A DNA stretch of 63,605 bases, the filler included, from Hausera hauseri (taxonomy: Eukaryota), in the NCBI GenBank assembly GCA_046269625.1. It is 12 parts of 12 records of this genome, joined end to end, with 100 filler letters (N's around TTAATTAATTAA, not from the genome) between each part and the next. Parts side by side here need not be neighbours in the genome. Positions count along the whole stretch, not along the records: positions 48,198 to 54,282 come from JBJURY010142758.1; positions 54,383 to 59,366 come from JBJURY010370815.1; positions 59,467 to 63,605 come from JBJURY010738543.1; 9 more parts are not named here. The stretch is one strand, 5' to 3'. Below, piece by piece: positions 52,112-63,605 of this stretch (position 1 is its first letter; each line of letters opens with the position of its first letter). The notes beneath the pieces were generated by a model, which saw only the letters and a program-made list of their open reading frames with translations, was not told where the DNA came from and did no database searches. Position numbers and translations under genes: made by a program.

Positions 52112-52390
52112 TCCAATGGAAGGGATACATCTGTCATGTGATGTGCGAGATTTTGCCTTGAGATCCGATTTGATAGGTTTAATATTATATTTTATCACTG
52201 CCACTTTTCCACCAAGGCATAAATTTCTTCAATTGTCTTCATTTATTTAACCTTTTTGGGGGGGTGGAGGAGTGAGTTGTTTATCGTTTATTTACTTCCC
52301 GTGATGGCATGCGCATTTCTCATTCTCGCAATTACCATTCACTAAATTTATTTTGGCAAAGTTAACAAATATATGCGAACCTTAAATATA

Positions 52391-53624
52391 GGATTCGCCA
52401 TTAAAATTTCGCTTAACAACATAAAAATTTTATTTTGGTTTAATTACAAAATTATGATTTGTTATTGAAAAATACAAAAAGATGTAAATGTACTTTAAAT
52501 TTCTGTTCAGTGAATATGAATCAAACACAATCCCAATTAATAACGTTTTCAAGATGTTCTTAATGCTCTCTGTACTCCTTGTTGAAGTCAGCTGCTGTAA
52601 AAGTTGCTACATATTGATCAACCGAGTTCTGTACATCATCAAGTATATCGAAATTCATACTGCGCCTAAAAGCTCCATAATTACGAAAGACGTATCGATC
52701 TTGAAGGTTGAAATCTGGTGAATATGGTGCTTTTGCTATTATGGCTACATGATTTCTTTCTAAAAATTCTGTTATAAATCTCGCTGTATGGACGAAGGCA
52801 TGGATTGTCATGCATAAGTAGCATATTTTCAGCTGTCAAGAGTGGAATTACATGTTGGTTGTCTTGAATCATATCATTTAAGAATTCAGCTCAAATTTCC
52901 GCGTTGACTCTTTTGCCATAATTTCACATTCGATAGTAGCACCTTCATTCAAAATTGCACACCATAAGCCACAAAAACGCTTTCTATTCGTCAATTTTTG
53001 CCGGGAATCTTTGGGATGATCTCCTGCATTATCCAGTCAAAAACGTTCAGCAACAGGAAACACGCAGTCGAAATGTATCCAATTTTCGTCTGTAACGACA
53101 ATTCTACGCATAATCCATCTCGAAAAGGTGTTTATTTTCTTTATATTCTTCTAGCTAGGAGACATTTTTTATGTAAGTGTAACAATAAAATCATGTTAAT
53201 GGACCTGCTTGGAATATCTAACTCTGCCAAGCATTCTCTTCCATAGCCTACCCCACTTTTTCAATGTTATCAACACTGCTAAATGTTCATAGTTCAACAG
53301 ATCCATTATCACGAAATTCCTTTGCAATTTGTTGAATTCTGCATAAGCTTATCAAATCTCCGAATTTATTACGCACCATAGTTTTAATAAAAAAATTGAT
53401 CTCACCAACAGACGCCATGAAAGATTAAAAATCTATGCAAACAACATTCGTCGTAAACTACTTGCTATAATTCAAAAACCATTAATTATTGACCTGAATT
53501 TAAATTTATTTATAACTATTTAAATAGTACATTTAAACAAACGTAGGAAATTGAGTGACTAATTAATTGCCGCCAATTCTTTATTAAATCTTCTGAATTT
53601 TATCGAATTTTTAATGGCGAACCA
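52391..53624 (-). mobile_element. mariner remnant with TIRs
   Basis: Inverted ends GGATTCGCCATTAAAA / TTTTAATGGCGAACCA flanked by TA; APYSPDFN motif. Confidence 0.7.
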
Positions 53625-54383
53625 TACAAATAAAGTGTTTTATGAAACTTCGTTTTAAATATTGCGACGAAAACAATTATTTATTTATGATATTGCTAAA
53701 ATATTCAATAATGTCACACGTTTTAGTATAACAATTTCCATAACATCGGTGCAACAAAAGTATGTACAGTTCTATTCAATGAATTTTGTTTTCAAAGAAA
53801 TTTGATTAACCGTATTTTAATTTCGTCGTATTTGTTTACATATATAGAATAAGAAATTTTGTTTGAGCAAATCTTTTGCTTCTTTAACATTAAAGCTGCG
53901 ATAAATTTTGCTATACCTTAAGTGGAGCCAAATTGACCACCACAGAGCTTTTCTCTTTAACGGTAACCTTTTGAAATAATCAAAACAAAATTCAAACTGA
54001 TATTTAAAGTGTGTAATTTGGTGATAAAAGCGTAGTCGCCTCGGGCAATTGAAATCTCGTGATGAGCCACATACACATATCAGATCGATGGACTTACAAA
54101 TAAATATACTCATGATAACAGATGTAACAATTAGCCCGTGTTTCCCCATCCTAGTATTTTGTTTTGCATGATCAGCGATTGACATGCGAACTCTTATCAC
54201 AGACAAGAACTCTTCTGCATTACCACATACATTTGGATAGATTCTATTTTCTGCATTGTGTGTCATTTCGTGGACAATTTTCNNNNNNNNNNNNNNNNNN
54301 NNNNNNNNNNNNNNNNNNNNNNNNNNTTAATTAATTAANNNNNNNNNNNNNNNNNNNNNNNNNNNNNNNNNNNNNNNNNNNNG

Positions 54384-54553
54384 AAAGCAGGTGGGGATCA
54401 AACCCACAGTGCCGAATCGGCACTCGCCCATACCGCTTTTAATAAGCGACGGACACGCCACATGCAACCGCACGAAGCATTGGAAGCTCGCTGAGAAGTC
54501 GAACTATTTTCAATTTGATACGATTAGAACCGTTGTCCCACTACGAATTTGCA
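54384..54553 (-). ncRNA. tRNA-like structured repeat, copy 2
   Basis: Homologous to 23139-23321 with a compensatory change in one hairpin. Confidence 0.4.
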
Positions 54554-55630
54554 CAACCCTTTGCAATGCCATTGCGTCGCCAAGCGCTTAACACAAAACC
54601 TATCGACACGGTCCACCTCAACACCACTACATAAATGTTGAACTGGAAGTTACAAATTGAGTTTTCAAAGCTATTATGGATTTTAAATTTAACACACGTA
54701 AATTTGATTGAAAACATTTTGTGTGTAATATATGGAAATCCACTTACAACATATGGAAAGGGCAAAAAAATTCGGTTAAAATGTTAATCATATATAGATA
54801 AAATTATGGATCAAATAACAAAAGACTAAAAAAAACTGTGAAATGTCGCTGTTATTGTCTTAATTTGATGCAGGAAATGTCCAGAGATGACTAAAAATTT
54901 CGATAGGAGTGCGTGGTATTTAAATAGCGAACAAGTGCAAATAATTATCAATCTTACAAACGTATGATTGTTTTAATAACTATCAAGGTCACATTCATAA
55001 CCACAATTCAAGATTTTCTCTCGACTCTGCACATTGAACTTCGATATACTGTGAAAATTCAATAAATATATATATGGTTTTGTTTTATTTTTTAAAATTT
55101 CAGTCTACTCTATTAACTTGTTTAAATTTACAACTCGAGAAAGACTTTATAATTACCATACATGTTGATTGCATCAAATGAATGCTACACGTGTATGCAT
55201 GCAATTTAGTTTATGTTGATATATCATTTTGATAAACTTGGTACATTTCTGTAAAATTTCCACGGACTGCAACAAAATTTACTAATCTTCGCAAGTAGTT
55301 TGTATGAATTGCATAATAAGAATGCAACATTATTAATTGAAATCACACATTTTAATTAGTCATATTTGCTTAAATGTCAAAAAAATTCAGATATGTAAAC
55401 AGAATTCAAAGTTTGTATGTTATAAAAAGCATTCGTTAATGCATAACAAGTGGCATTAGTCCAAAATAATAACATTCATTTTTATCGTAAGATACATCAA
55501 ATTCCCACATGCACAGCTGAAGAGCAATAAACATGTTACAAACAAACAAATAAAATCAGACAAAAAATCGATAAGCAGTCACGTAGAAAAACAACATGGT
55601 TTATTAAAAAATATCTATCATAAAAATTCC

Positions 55631-56299
55631 TTACAAATCTTCTTTCGTTTTTAACGCACTAACAATGGCCGGTTCTAATACATTTTCCATACTAAAATTA
55701 TCGAAATACTCAATGAGCTGCCCACTGCGGCCGACTGGATGCTTCCGGGAATTCCAACCGGGGGATTCCGATTTGTCTACGCTAAATAAATCAAGAATGT
55801 CATTATTTATTTACCCAGTATGAATTTCCAAACATCAGGAAGTTCTGATTCATCACTTGTGAGGCTGATTTTTTGCATCAATGGAAAATTAATTTTATAT
55901 TGCTCGCTTGCCCATTTATTAACAAATACCGAATTCTACTTGTAACATTATTAAGTACCACGTGTTAAACTATTTACCGAAGGTTCCTGTCTGCCGAAAT
56001 CGTTGCACGGAAAAGCTAAAATAACTAAACCAGAATTGCCGTATTTTTTCTGCAATTCCACGTACATTTTGTAATGACTGTCTGTATAACCGCATTCGCT
56101 AGCTACATTTGTTAATAACAAAACTTTTCCGGCATAATCTGATAATTGTACAGTTTTTCCTTCATAATCTTTGATTGCCAAATTAAAAACAGAATGTTCA
56201 CTATGTGCATAACCTTAATTTGTATACGTGATTTTTAATATATTTTTCATCAAACTTACTTATAAATATGAATAAAAATATCAATAGCATCCTTGACAT
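55631..56299 (-). CDS. ER glutathione peroxidase, GPx7-like (exons 56260-56299, 55978-56213, 55815-55935, 55631-55776)
   Basis: Signal peptide, TNVASECGYT (Cys type), LAFPCNDFGRQEP, C-terminal KEDL. Three 38-46-nt GT-AG introns keep the frame. Confidence 0.85.
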
Positions 56300-56672
56300 A
56301 CCAGAAAAATTGCAAAAAAATTACAAAATCTGTCCCTCCGACTTTGAACTCGAAATAATTAAAACAAAAGTTCATTATTTGAATCAAATAGAGGGTGATT
56401 GCGACAAAAATACAAGTGTACTTTGAAATTAATCATACATTGCTGTGGCTATCATGACATGTTGGGTAGTCATAGTTTCAATATTTATATTACGACTGTC
56501 CAAGACTATTGACAGCTTCAGTATTATAAAGAAAAGTTCTTAAAGTAATTTCTTACGTTGCATACACACCCGCACGCTTACTAAGGTTTGAATTACAAGA
56601 AATTGTTTTAATATCTTATAAGATTTGTGCATATTTAAAAATTTTAGTACACAATTTTTGAGTAAATCGAAA
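56300..56672. promoter_or_regulatory. Divergent intergenic region between GPx and PRP31 (putative bidirectional promoter)
   Basis: Head-to-head start codons about 370 bp apart; no specific motif identified. Confidence 0.4.
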
Positions 56673-58338
56673 ATGTCTCTAGCTGAAGCAATGATGAATG
56701 ACTTTGACATGGCTCAAATGGAGTCAATGAACGTAAATGAAAACGTTGGTGAGTTGGAGGAAATTGACGAAAATGTCGATTTAGAAATGACTCAATATTA
56801 TCTGGATAAACCTGCGTCCGAGATATCCAAATTAAAGGACAGCGAAAAGGTAAATAGTGTCTGATGTTAGAATTTACGCAAATTCTATTTCAAATTAGTA
56901 TTATATTATTCAAATTTAGTTGAAGGAAATGCTGCACAGTATTGAAAATTTCCGTTCCGTAAACATAGAAAAAAGATTTGGTTCGTTTGAAACAGATCCC
57001 GAATATGAACTTATCGTCAAATCGAATGATCTGATTACAGAAATTGACAATGAACTAAATGCGTTTCACAAGTACACAAAGGATATTTATTCGGCAAGAT
57101 ACCCAGAATTAGCAACTGTCGTAGCAGATCCAGTGCAATACATTCGATGTGTTAAGGTGTGTTAATTTCGCTGAATTTTTGTTGTCTTCATGATTTATTA
57201 ACAACAATGATATTATCAATTTATTTTATCCAGATATTCGGAAACGACATCAGCAGCATTACGCGACATCAAGACGCTCTTAAAAAGTTCCTCGATCCAG
57301 CAATTATCATGAGCATATCCGTATCTGCCGCCAAATCCAATGGTACAGAACTGACAGACAGTCGATTGGCGAACGCGATGTTGGCATGCGACAACGCAAT
57401 TGAGTTACAGGATGTAAAGGATTACATTTTGATCTTTGTCGAATCTCGAATGGCCTTCTTCGCACCGAATTTATGTACACTGCTGGGTCCGTCTGTGGCA
57501 GCAAAACTTATGGGTAATGCTGGGTACGTTCTCAATTGGACTTGTGTTAAATGCACGGTTTGTAGGACGAGCCGGTGGATTGAAGTCACTGGCAAATACT
57601 CCCGGATGTAATTTGTTGAATTTTGGCGCCACGAGACGCGGTGATTTTAGCGTAGTGAATCCCGTGACGAGGAATCGCGGTGGATATATCTGCAATTCCG
57701 ATGACGTGAAGAAATTGCGACCGGACATTCGTCTGAAAGCCGCCAAGCTATACGCAAATAAGGCCGTCATTGCGGCTCGCGTTGATTTATCCAACAGATT
57801 CCGGAACGGAGAGGAGGGAGAAAAGTTGCGAGAAGCCGTACAGAAAGCCATCGACAAGCTTCTAGAACCGCCGCCGGTGAAAGCTATCAAACCACTTCCG
57901 GCACCGATTGATTTACCATCGAAGCGACGCGGTGGTCGACGCTATCGAAAGCGCAAGGAGCGACTGGGAATGACGGAAGTGCGAAAGAGTGCAAATCGAA
58001 TCGAATTTGGTGGTATTGAAGACTCGTACGATAATGAGATGTCGGTGAATGCCGGTCGATTGGGTCGAACGAATAAAATCAGGGCGCCGATTGCTGACGC
58101 AAAAACGAAGGCCCGAGTCAGTAAGACTCTGAATCAGCGACTACAGAAACAACAACAAGCACAGACGGCACTTTGGGGAGGTACGACGTCGATCAAGAGA
58201 AACATTTCGGGTGTGTCAACGACTGTCGCGTTTACGCCGATGAAGGGCGTAGAGATTTCTAATCCAACTCCAATAGACAACAAGCCCGAAGTTGGATCGA
58301 AATATTTTTCAAATTCTGCTGCATGGCAGAAGAAATAG
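56673..58338 (+). CDS. PRPF31: U4/U6 snRNP protein Prp31 (exons 56673-56849, 56920-57156, 57234-57513, 57566-58338)
   Basis: MSLAE, DPEYELIV..N.LI.EIDNE, YS.RYPEL, FVESRM.FFAPNL, AARVD and KPLPAP...KRRGGRRYRK; in-frame canonical introns. Confidence 0.93.
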
Positions 58339-59466
58339 TTTTCGTTATCATGATTTGCATTTGTTCTTTCTTGATGTTGTTTGAATTTTTATTTCTCCGT
58401 TCCAGCTTTTCTGTCTGGTTCTGACGACCGAGAAAACCTTGTGATAATTTCAATTTTCTACCCATCTGTGAACATTATTCTCGTAGCATATTTACCCGGT
58501 TTATGGATTTTATTATTTTCTAATATTGCGAAGATCACAAATGGAAGTGGCTGTAAAACGCATTCGGGAAAAATGCGACCTTATGCACAATGGACTTTTC
58601 AATTGGAATTCAATTCAGCCGTCAATGCTATTACATAATACTGCTTTATATGGGGTTGTAGTATAAGTTATGTCAATTGACATTTTTGTTACTAAGTAAC
58701 GAATATTTTCAACCTATTGTTACCGATTCTTCTACCATAACAATAGTTGCGACGTCATATTCACTTTAGATATACGAAAAAGTCAATCGATTACTCGAGT
58801 AAATTGTAAAATAATTTATCAAAAATTTCCAATAATTTTGTAAATTACGAAAATTTAAAAGTTAAAATAATAAATGTTTGAAGTGATTTTCATGAATCAT
58901 TAAGAACAACTTGAGTCATATTCTAGATAAAACAACTCAATAAAAACAAGTAATTATGAGTTTCTGTCATCAGTGCTTTCAATAAAACTGGGGAAATTGA
59001 TGCAAATTTGGAATATCCTATAATTGTCCAGTAAAATGTTAAAATGCTGCATTTGTTTTGTTTATTTAAATATCTAAATTCATATTATTTGACCTGTGGG
59101 TTTTTGATTAATATATGCTTCTTTCTGAATTTAATTGACCCAACAATTTCTTTTTAAAATGACTATAAAAATACAGTAATTGCAACTTATACTACAACCC
59201 CGTATAAAGAACTATTATGCGGTTGAAATGAACCTGGAGACTGAAGTGAGCTATTCCCAGCGGCTGATGTTACGTAAAAATTATGACATAATGTTGATTG
59301 TGTCCTTCAACGTTTTTTTAAACTTTTCTAACGGTCCGTTTTCTATCATCCTATCTTTATTTTTATNNNNNNNNNNNNNNNNNNNNNNNNNNNNNNNNNN
59401 NNNNNNNNNNTTAATTAATTAANNNNNNNNNNNNNNNNNNNNNNNNNNNNNNNNNNNNNNNNNNNN

Positions 59467-59890
59467 TCAGCTGAATCCACACAAACCTTTCTTAACTCCT
59501 TCAATTCTCCCTCCATTCTACATACACGGCAACCTGCTACTCCTAAACCTGCATCAGTTTAAAAGACTACGCAAAACGACATACCGACTATTTCTCAAGC
59601 TGCTGACACGTCATATCAAAATTTAACTTTCTCCCAACGAACTCAGCAAGCAATCAAACAACACAGTAAGAAACATAAGATGGTTACCTTCAGCAAATAC
59701 AGCAGAGAACAGAATGTTGACAAAATTCAACGCCTTGTCCATACAAAAATGCAATAGCTCACATTACGTATTCTTTCCACGTTTCAATCACATCAAAAAA
59801 TTTGCTTTTTTTAATAGTTCTTCTACACCTCACTACTTTGTCTTTCAATTTCTTTTCTTTAATACAGTGTCATTTCCGTAACGCGTGTAG
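59467..59890 (+). mobile_element. Gypsy pol 3' tail, copy 1
   Basis: Direct repeat of 60990-61371. Confidence 0.7.
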
Positions 59891-60693
59891 TGTGGTGCCG
59901 CGGACTCGGGGCCGCTACAGTACCAGTTGTTCCATCAGATCTCTCGGTTGTGGAATATCTGCACAAAATATTGCCGAAAGGATAACGTTGTTAAAACTCC
60001 AAATGGAATTCGTAAAAAGTAAAACGGAAAACAGTGGCGCCGATTGTGTAGTAAAGGGAATTGTACAAAAGAATCACTACTCGATCTACTAATTAGTTTT
60101 CCTGACAAATTCTGTATCTGAAAAGAAATTTCCCGTGTTAGAAGATGACACATATAATTGCAAAGTACGTAATGCGTCAATGTGCCGCAACTCGTCCCAC
60201 AAATATTAATTAAGTCGGTATTAGCTCAAATTAATCAAGTGCTTGACATTTTGATATTGACTCAATCACTATTACCGAAAAATTCGAAGGTGAAATTTAG
60301 AGATTATTTGGTAAATCTACAAAAGAAACACGAGAGTAGACAACCAAAACAGTAATTGAAAAGAGAATTAACATGTCGCCGTTGATATGGATATTTTTCT
60401 AAATTCTAGCAATGAGGAAGGTTGTGAGTTGAGTTATAATGAAATTTCGCCCAATGATAAAAAACATCCCAATATTAAAGCAGTTAATAGCAGCGAAAAG
60501 AAATTGCCTGAAATGAGAAAAAACGTCGTTCCAGTAAACTATCGTTGGTTTTGATCAGTGATTGTGCACATTTTATGCCAGATTAAGAATTTATCTTTTT
60601 GTAATATATTGTGACTGAAATAAGAAAATTGATTAAATAAAAAATTTGAAAAGAATGATAATAAATAAATGTTATTAGTTGTTATAGCTAACA
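59891..60693 (+). repeat. Putative 3' LTR L1 with host-like interior
   Basis: Starts TGTGGTGCCG after the pol tail; AATAAA near 60660-60668, then ...CTAACA abutting integrase sequence. Confidence 0.5.
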
Positions 60694-61371
60694 ACACCAA
60701 CTGACGAAACAATTAGGTCAGCACAAAATCACTTTGTTCAGCTAAGCCAGGATTTGTTCTGCAAAATAGTACATGGCGATTAGACATATTTACCCGATTC
60801 ATTATTCAAAGCAAAATTTATTTGGTTAAAAAATCCGTCACCCTCTGGATTCCAACCAAACTATTTAGGACCATTTAAAGTCCTCAACCTAAGTTCACAC
60901 ATAGTTACCATACTTAGAAAAGATAAAGAGCAAAACATACACATAAACAACGTAAAACCAGCATTCTTCGTCGATGATACACGGGAATCTTCAGCTGAAT
61001 CCACACAAACCTTTCTTAACTCCTTCAATTCTCCCTCCATTCTACATACACGGCAACCTGCTACTCCAAAACCTGCATCAGTTTAAAAGACTACGCAAAA
61101 CGACATACCGACTAGTTCTCAAGCTGCCGACACGTCAAATCAAAATTTGACTTCCTCCCAACCAATTCAGCAAGCAGTCAAACAACACAGTAAGAAACAC
61201 ATGACGGTTACCTTCAGCAAATACAAAGATGCAATAGCTCATAGAAAGTATTCTCTACACGTTGTTGCTTCTATCACATCAAAAATGTGCTTTTTTCAAT
61301 AGTTCGCCTACACCTGTCGGCTTTGTCTTCTTGCTTTCGCCCTGACAGTGTCATTTTATAACGGGGGGTGG
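60694..61371 (+). mobile_element. Gypsy integrase C-terminus (GPY/F), 3' tail and PPT
   Basis: FQPNYLGPFKVL...IHINNVKPAF; PPT-like CGGGGGGTGG immediately before TGTGG at 61372. Confidence 0.75.
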
Positions 61372-62580
61372 TGTGGTGCCGCGGGCTTGGGCGCCTGCAC
61401 AGTCCAATTGCAATTTTTCTTTTTAACGAAATGCTCAAACAATTTTTCAAATCTTTCAAGGAATTTGTGGACACCTTTGCCATTACATTCCAAATTTGTC
61501 AAATCCAACAAGTCGTTTTCTCGCATCACACCACTAATACAACAGCTGTCGGTCATCCAGCAACTAATGTAAATTATACTGTACGAGACGCTTTATGATA
61601 TTGCCAAAGAAGCTTCCATGAATTCTTCTATTTACGGACCGAAATATTCGTTAACATTCTTAAATAGTTCTAGCTGCAATCAGTATAAGAAATGGTATTT
61701 CTGCAATACGAATAATTCCGGAGAAAATCTACTTCAGTCGGGAATTGAAAAGAGCAACCGTGATTTAGTAAACATTGAATCGAAACATTAAAGGTTGTTA
61801 GTGCATTGAATATTCGTACTTGTTGTGCAATCTATATATAACATTGCGTATTATTGTGTGTGAATAACGCATAACTAATTACTAGGTAGTCAAATGACTA
61901 TTCAGTCCAAACATTATGCAAAATCAATCGTTTAAAAACGATTATTTTTTTGTAAGCTGACACTGAATTTTTATGCACGTATACTTTCAACATTATTATA
62001 CGAAATAAAGAAATTTTGTCAATTTTTTTGTAATAACTACGTGTTAAATTTGTATTCGCTTTTCATTTTTCTGCCTCAATTATGGAACTGAAAACGCTGA
62101 TGTTAGTATTCTATATTGACAAATGAAATTTCAATGAAATATTTTTCATTAAGTGCGTTTTCGTAGATTAACCGAATATTTGGTATGATCAGCCGAAAGA
62201 CATTTTGTTTTGTATATTTCAATATAGTGATTGTAGAAAGTTTGTCACATTGACAAATCATCAATTTGTGTATTATAACAGTATAGCAGTAAAAATTAAG
62301 TGGACAATGTTGGGCTGCTGTCTGTCAGTAATAAAATTGGACAAATCATGAAATAGTGCATTGAAAGTAGATTGAATAATGTGAATTCTGGATAACTGAT
62401 TTATTAGTTAATTAGAAAATTTTGATTTTTGAAAATAAACAGTTATTTGGCTTTATTACTTCATTATCTGTGTTGGAATTTATCGTATACAAAGCTTTAA
62501 CAATGGTGTCAGATATGCAAATAAAAGACAATGAAAACAAGTTGATAAAGCACTCAATTGTCCCACAGCCCTACAAATGA

Positions 62581-63108
62581 ATGATATTGGAAGCAATAAG
62601 ATTATTTGTACGTAGCTCAATGGATCTGTTCCAATCGTTGTCGAATATGACTGATCCGAAAACAATGTATGAAGCAGGAAAACAACTTAGTAGACTATAT
62701 TTTGATTGTGCAAACCATCAACGAAAACTTGCCGAAATATTACTGGAGCTTCAATTTCCAGAATATTCAATTAACAACATGAAAAATCCCAACAATATGG
62801 ATGTTTTTAAAAACGACGTTATATGGTTTTCTTCGTTCTATTTCTGCAACATTTGCTGGAATTATTCTGATGCATCGTTTGAATTTGCAACCGCATTAGC
62901 ACTCTGTGGTTTACCGAATTTCTTAAATCTAAACATGGACTTACAAAAGACGGCCATACAAACAAACAACACTGGTCAATCTAGATTAAGAAAATGTCCA
63001 CAAAAGTTACCAATTTATTTCATTAATGCTAAAAATTGGCAAATATACATGCAATTCACAACCGTTAAAAATACTTCTGTAGCCAGTATTTGTTCAAAAA
63101 AAATTTAA
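62581..63108 (+). pseudogene. Host gene fragment, helical/ARM-repeat-like
   Basis: 175-aa ORF with ICWNYSDASFEFATALA; frame broken on both sides; identity uncertain. Confidence 0.35.
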
Positions 63109-63605
63109 CGTTGCTGGATCGTCAGGAAAGATCACAGAAGTGAAATCGAAAAAAATTCATCGGCTGATAAATACTATTTATAATTTATATCGGGAATTCG
63201 GAACTATTCGTCTAACGTCAACGCTACAAAATGAATTGGAAAATTCTGATGATGGAAAATATGGTACGACGGGCAAACTATTTAACCGACCTTTTACCAA
63301 ACTCCAAAAGACTTGCTAGGACATTAGATATTTTATATAATGCAATAATGAAAGTGATTCGCGAATCGGAACTAAAATTATCGGCGAACAAAAAATTCGC
63401 AAATGTAAGACTTATATTTTTTTGAAGTAACATATAGTACATATACTGGATACGAAAAGTTGCCAAACATCACCTTCACTTCATTACATTCACTCTCGAT
63501 GCCGTTGGTTTTGTGCACAGATTTATCAAAAACCATCAATTTTTATATATTCTCAACAACCACTATTTTTGAATCTTGTTATACGCGTACATCCTATTTC
63601 ATTAT

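Noticed and set aside
53817-54266. 149-aa minus-strand ORF
   Set aside because: No recognisable motif and truncated at the contig edge.
59893-59910. TGGTGCCGCGGACTCGG as a tRNA-His primer-binding site
   Set aside because: It resembles a His PBS but lies downstream of the integrase tail and PPT, and related TG ends directly abut TSDs, so an LTR start fits better. Not fully excluded.
59467-61371. Direct repeats 59467-59890 and 60990-61371 as an LTR pair
   Set aside because: The repeat continues the integrase reading frame and ends at the PPT, so it is internal pol tail from two nested copies.

Overview
This is not one locus. It is 12 short (~4-7 kb), AT-rich eukaryotic (animal-like) contigs joined by artificial 100-nt spacers (N44-TTAATTAATTAA-N44), plus one plain 100-N gap, so adjacency across spacers is meaningless. 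Most of the sequence is decayed mobile DNA: Polinton/adintovirus-type pPolB, piggyBac, Tc1, two mariners, a Sola2-like DDE element, several Ty3/Gypsy pieces and LTRs, an RLE-type non-LTR element, a Deu/Nin-type SINE and a foldback-like satellite. Host genes include PRP31, a GPx7-like peroxidase, the 3' part of DOT1L, a KASH-like protein, and fragments of Nup205, a serine carboxypeptidase and a C2H2 protein. The most notable signal is a family of insertion units. They share a GC-rich, hairpin-forming end of about 60-110 bp starting TGTGGT(G/T), and each carries a different host-gene fragment. All four sit inside coding regions of other transposons, and two have perfect 5-bp target-site duplications. 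A related TGTGGTGCC end follows a Gypsy integrase tail and polypurine tract in the last contig, which suggests LTRs with swappable, host-derived interiors. Other highlights are four clustered C-for-T substitutions in the GPx WNFWKYLV motif, two equal-length duplicated DOT1L exons (likely mutually exclusive), and a covarying tRNA-like repeat. All protein calls rest on motif recognition by eye; no searches were run.
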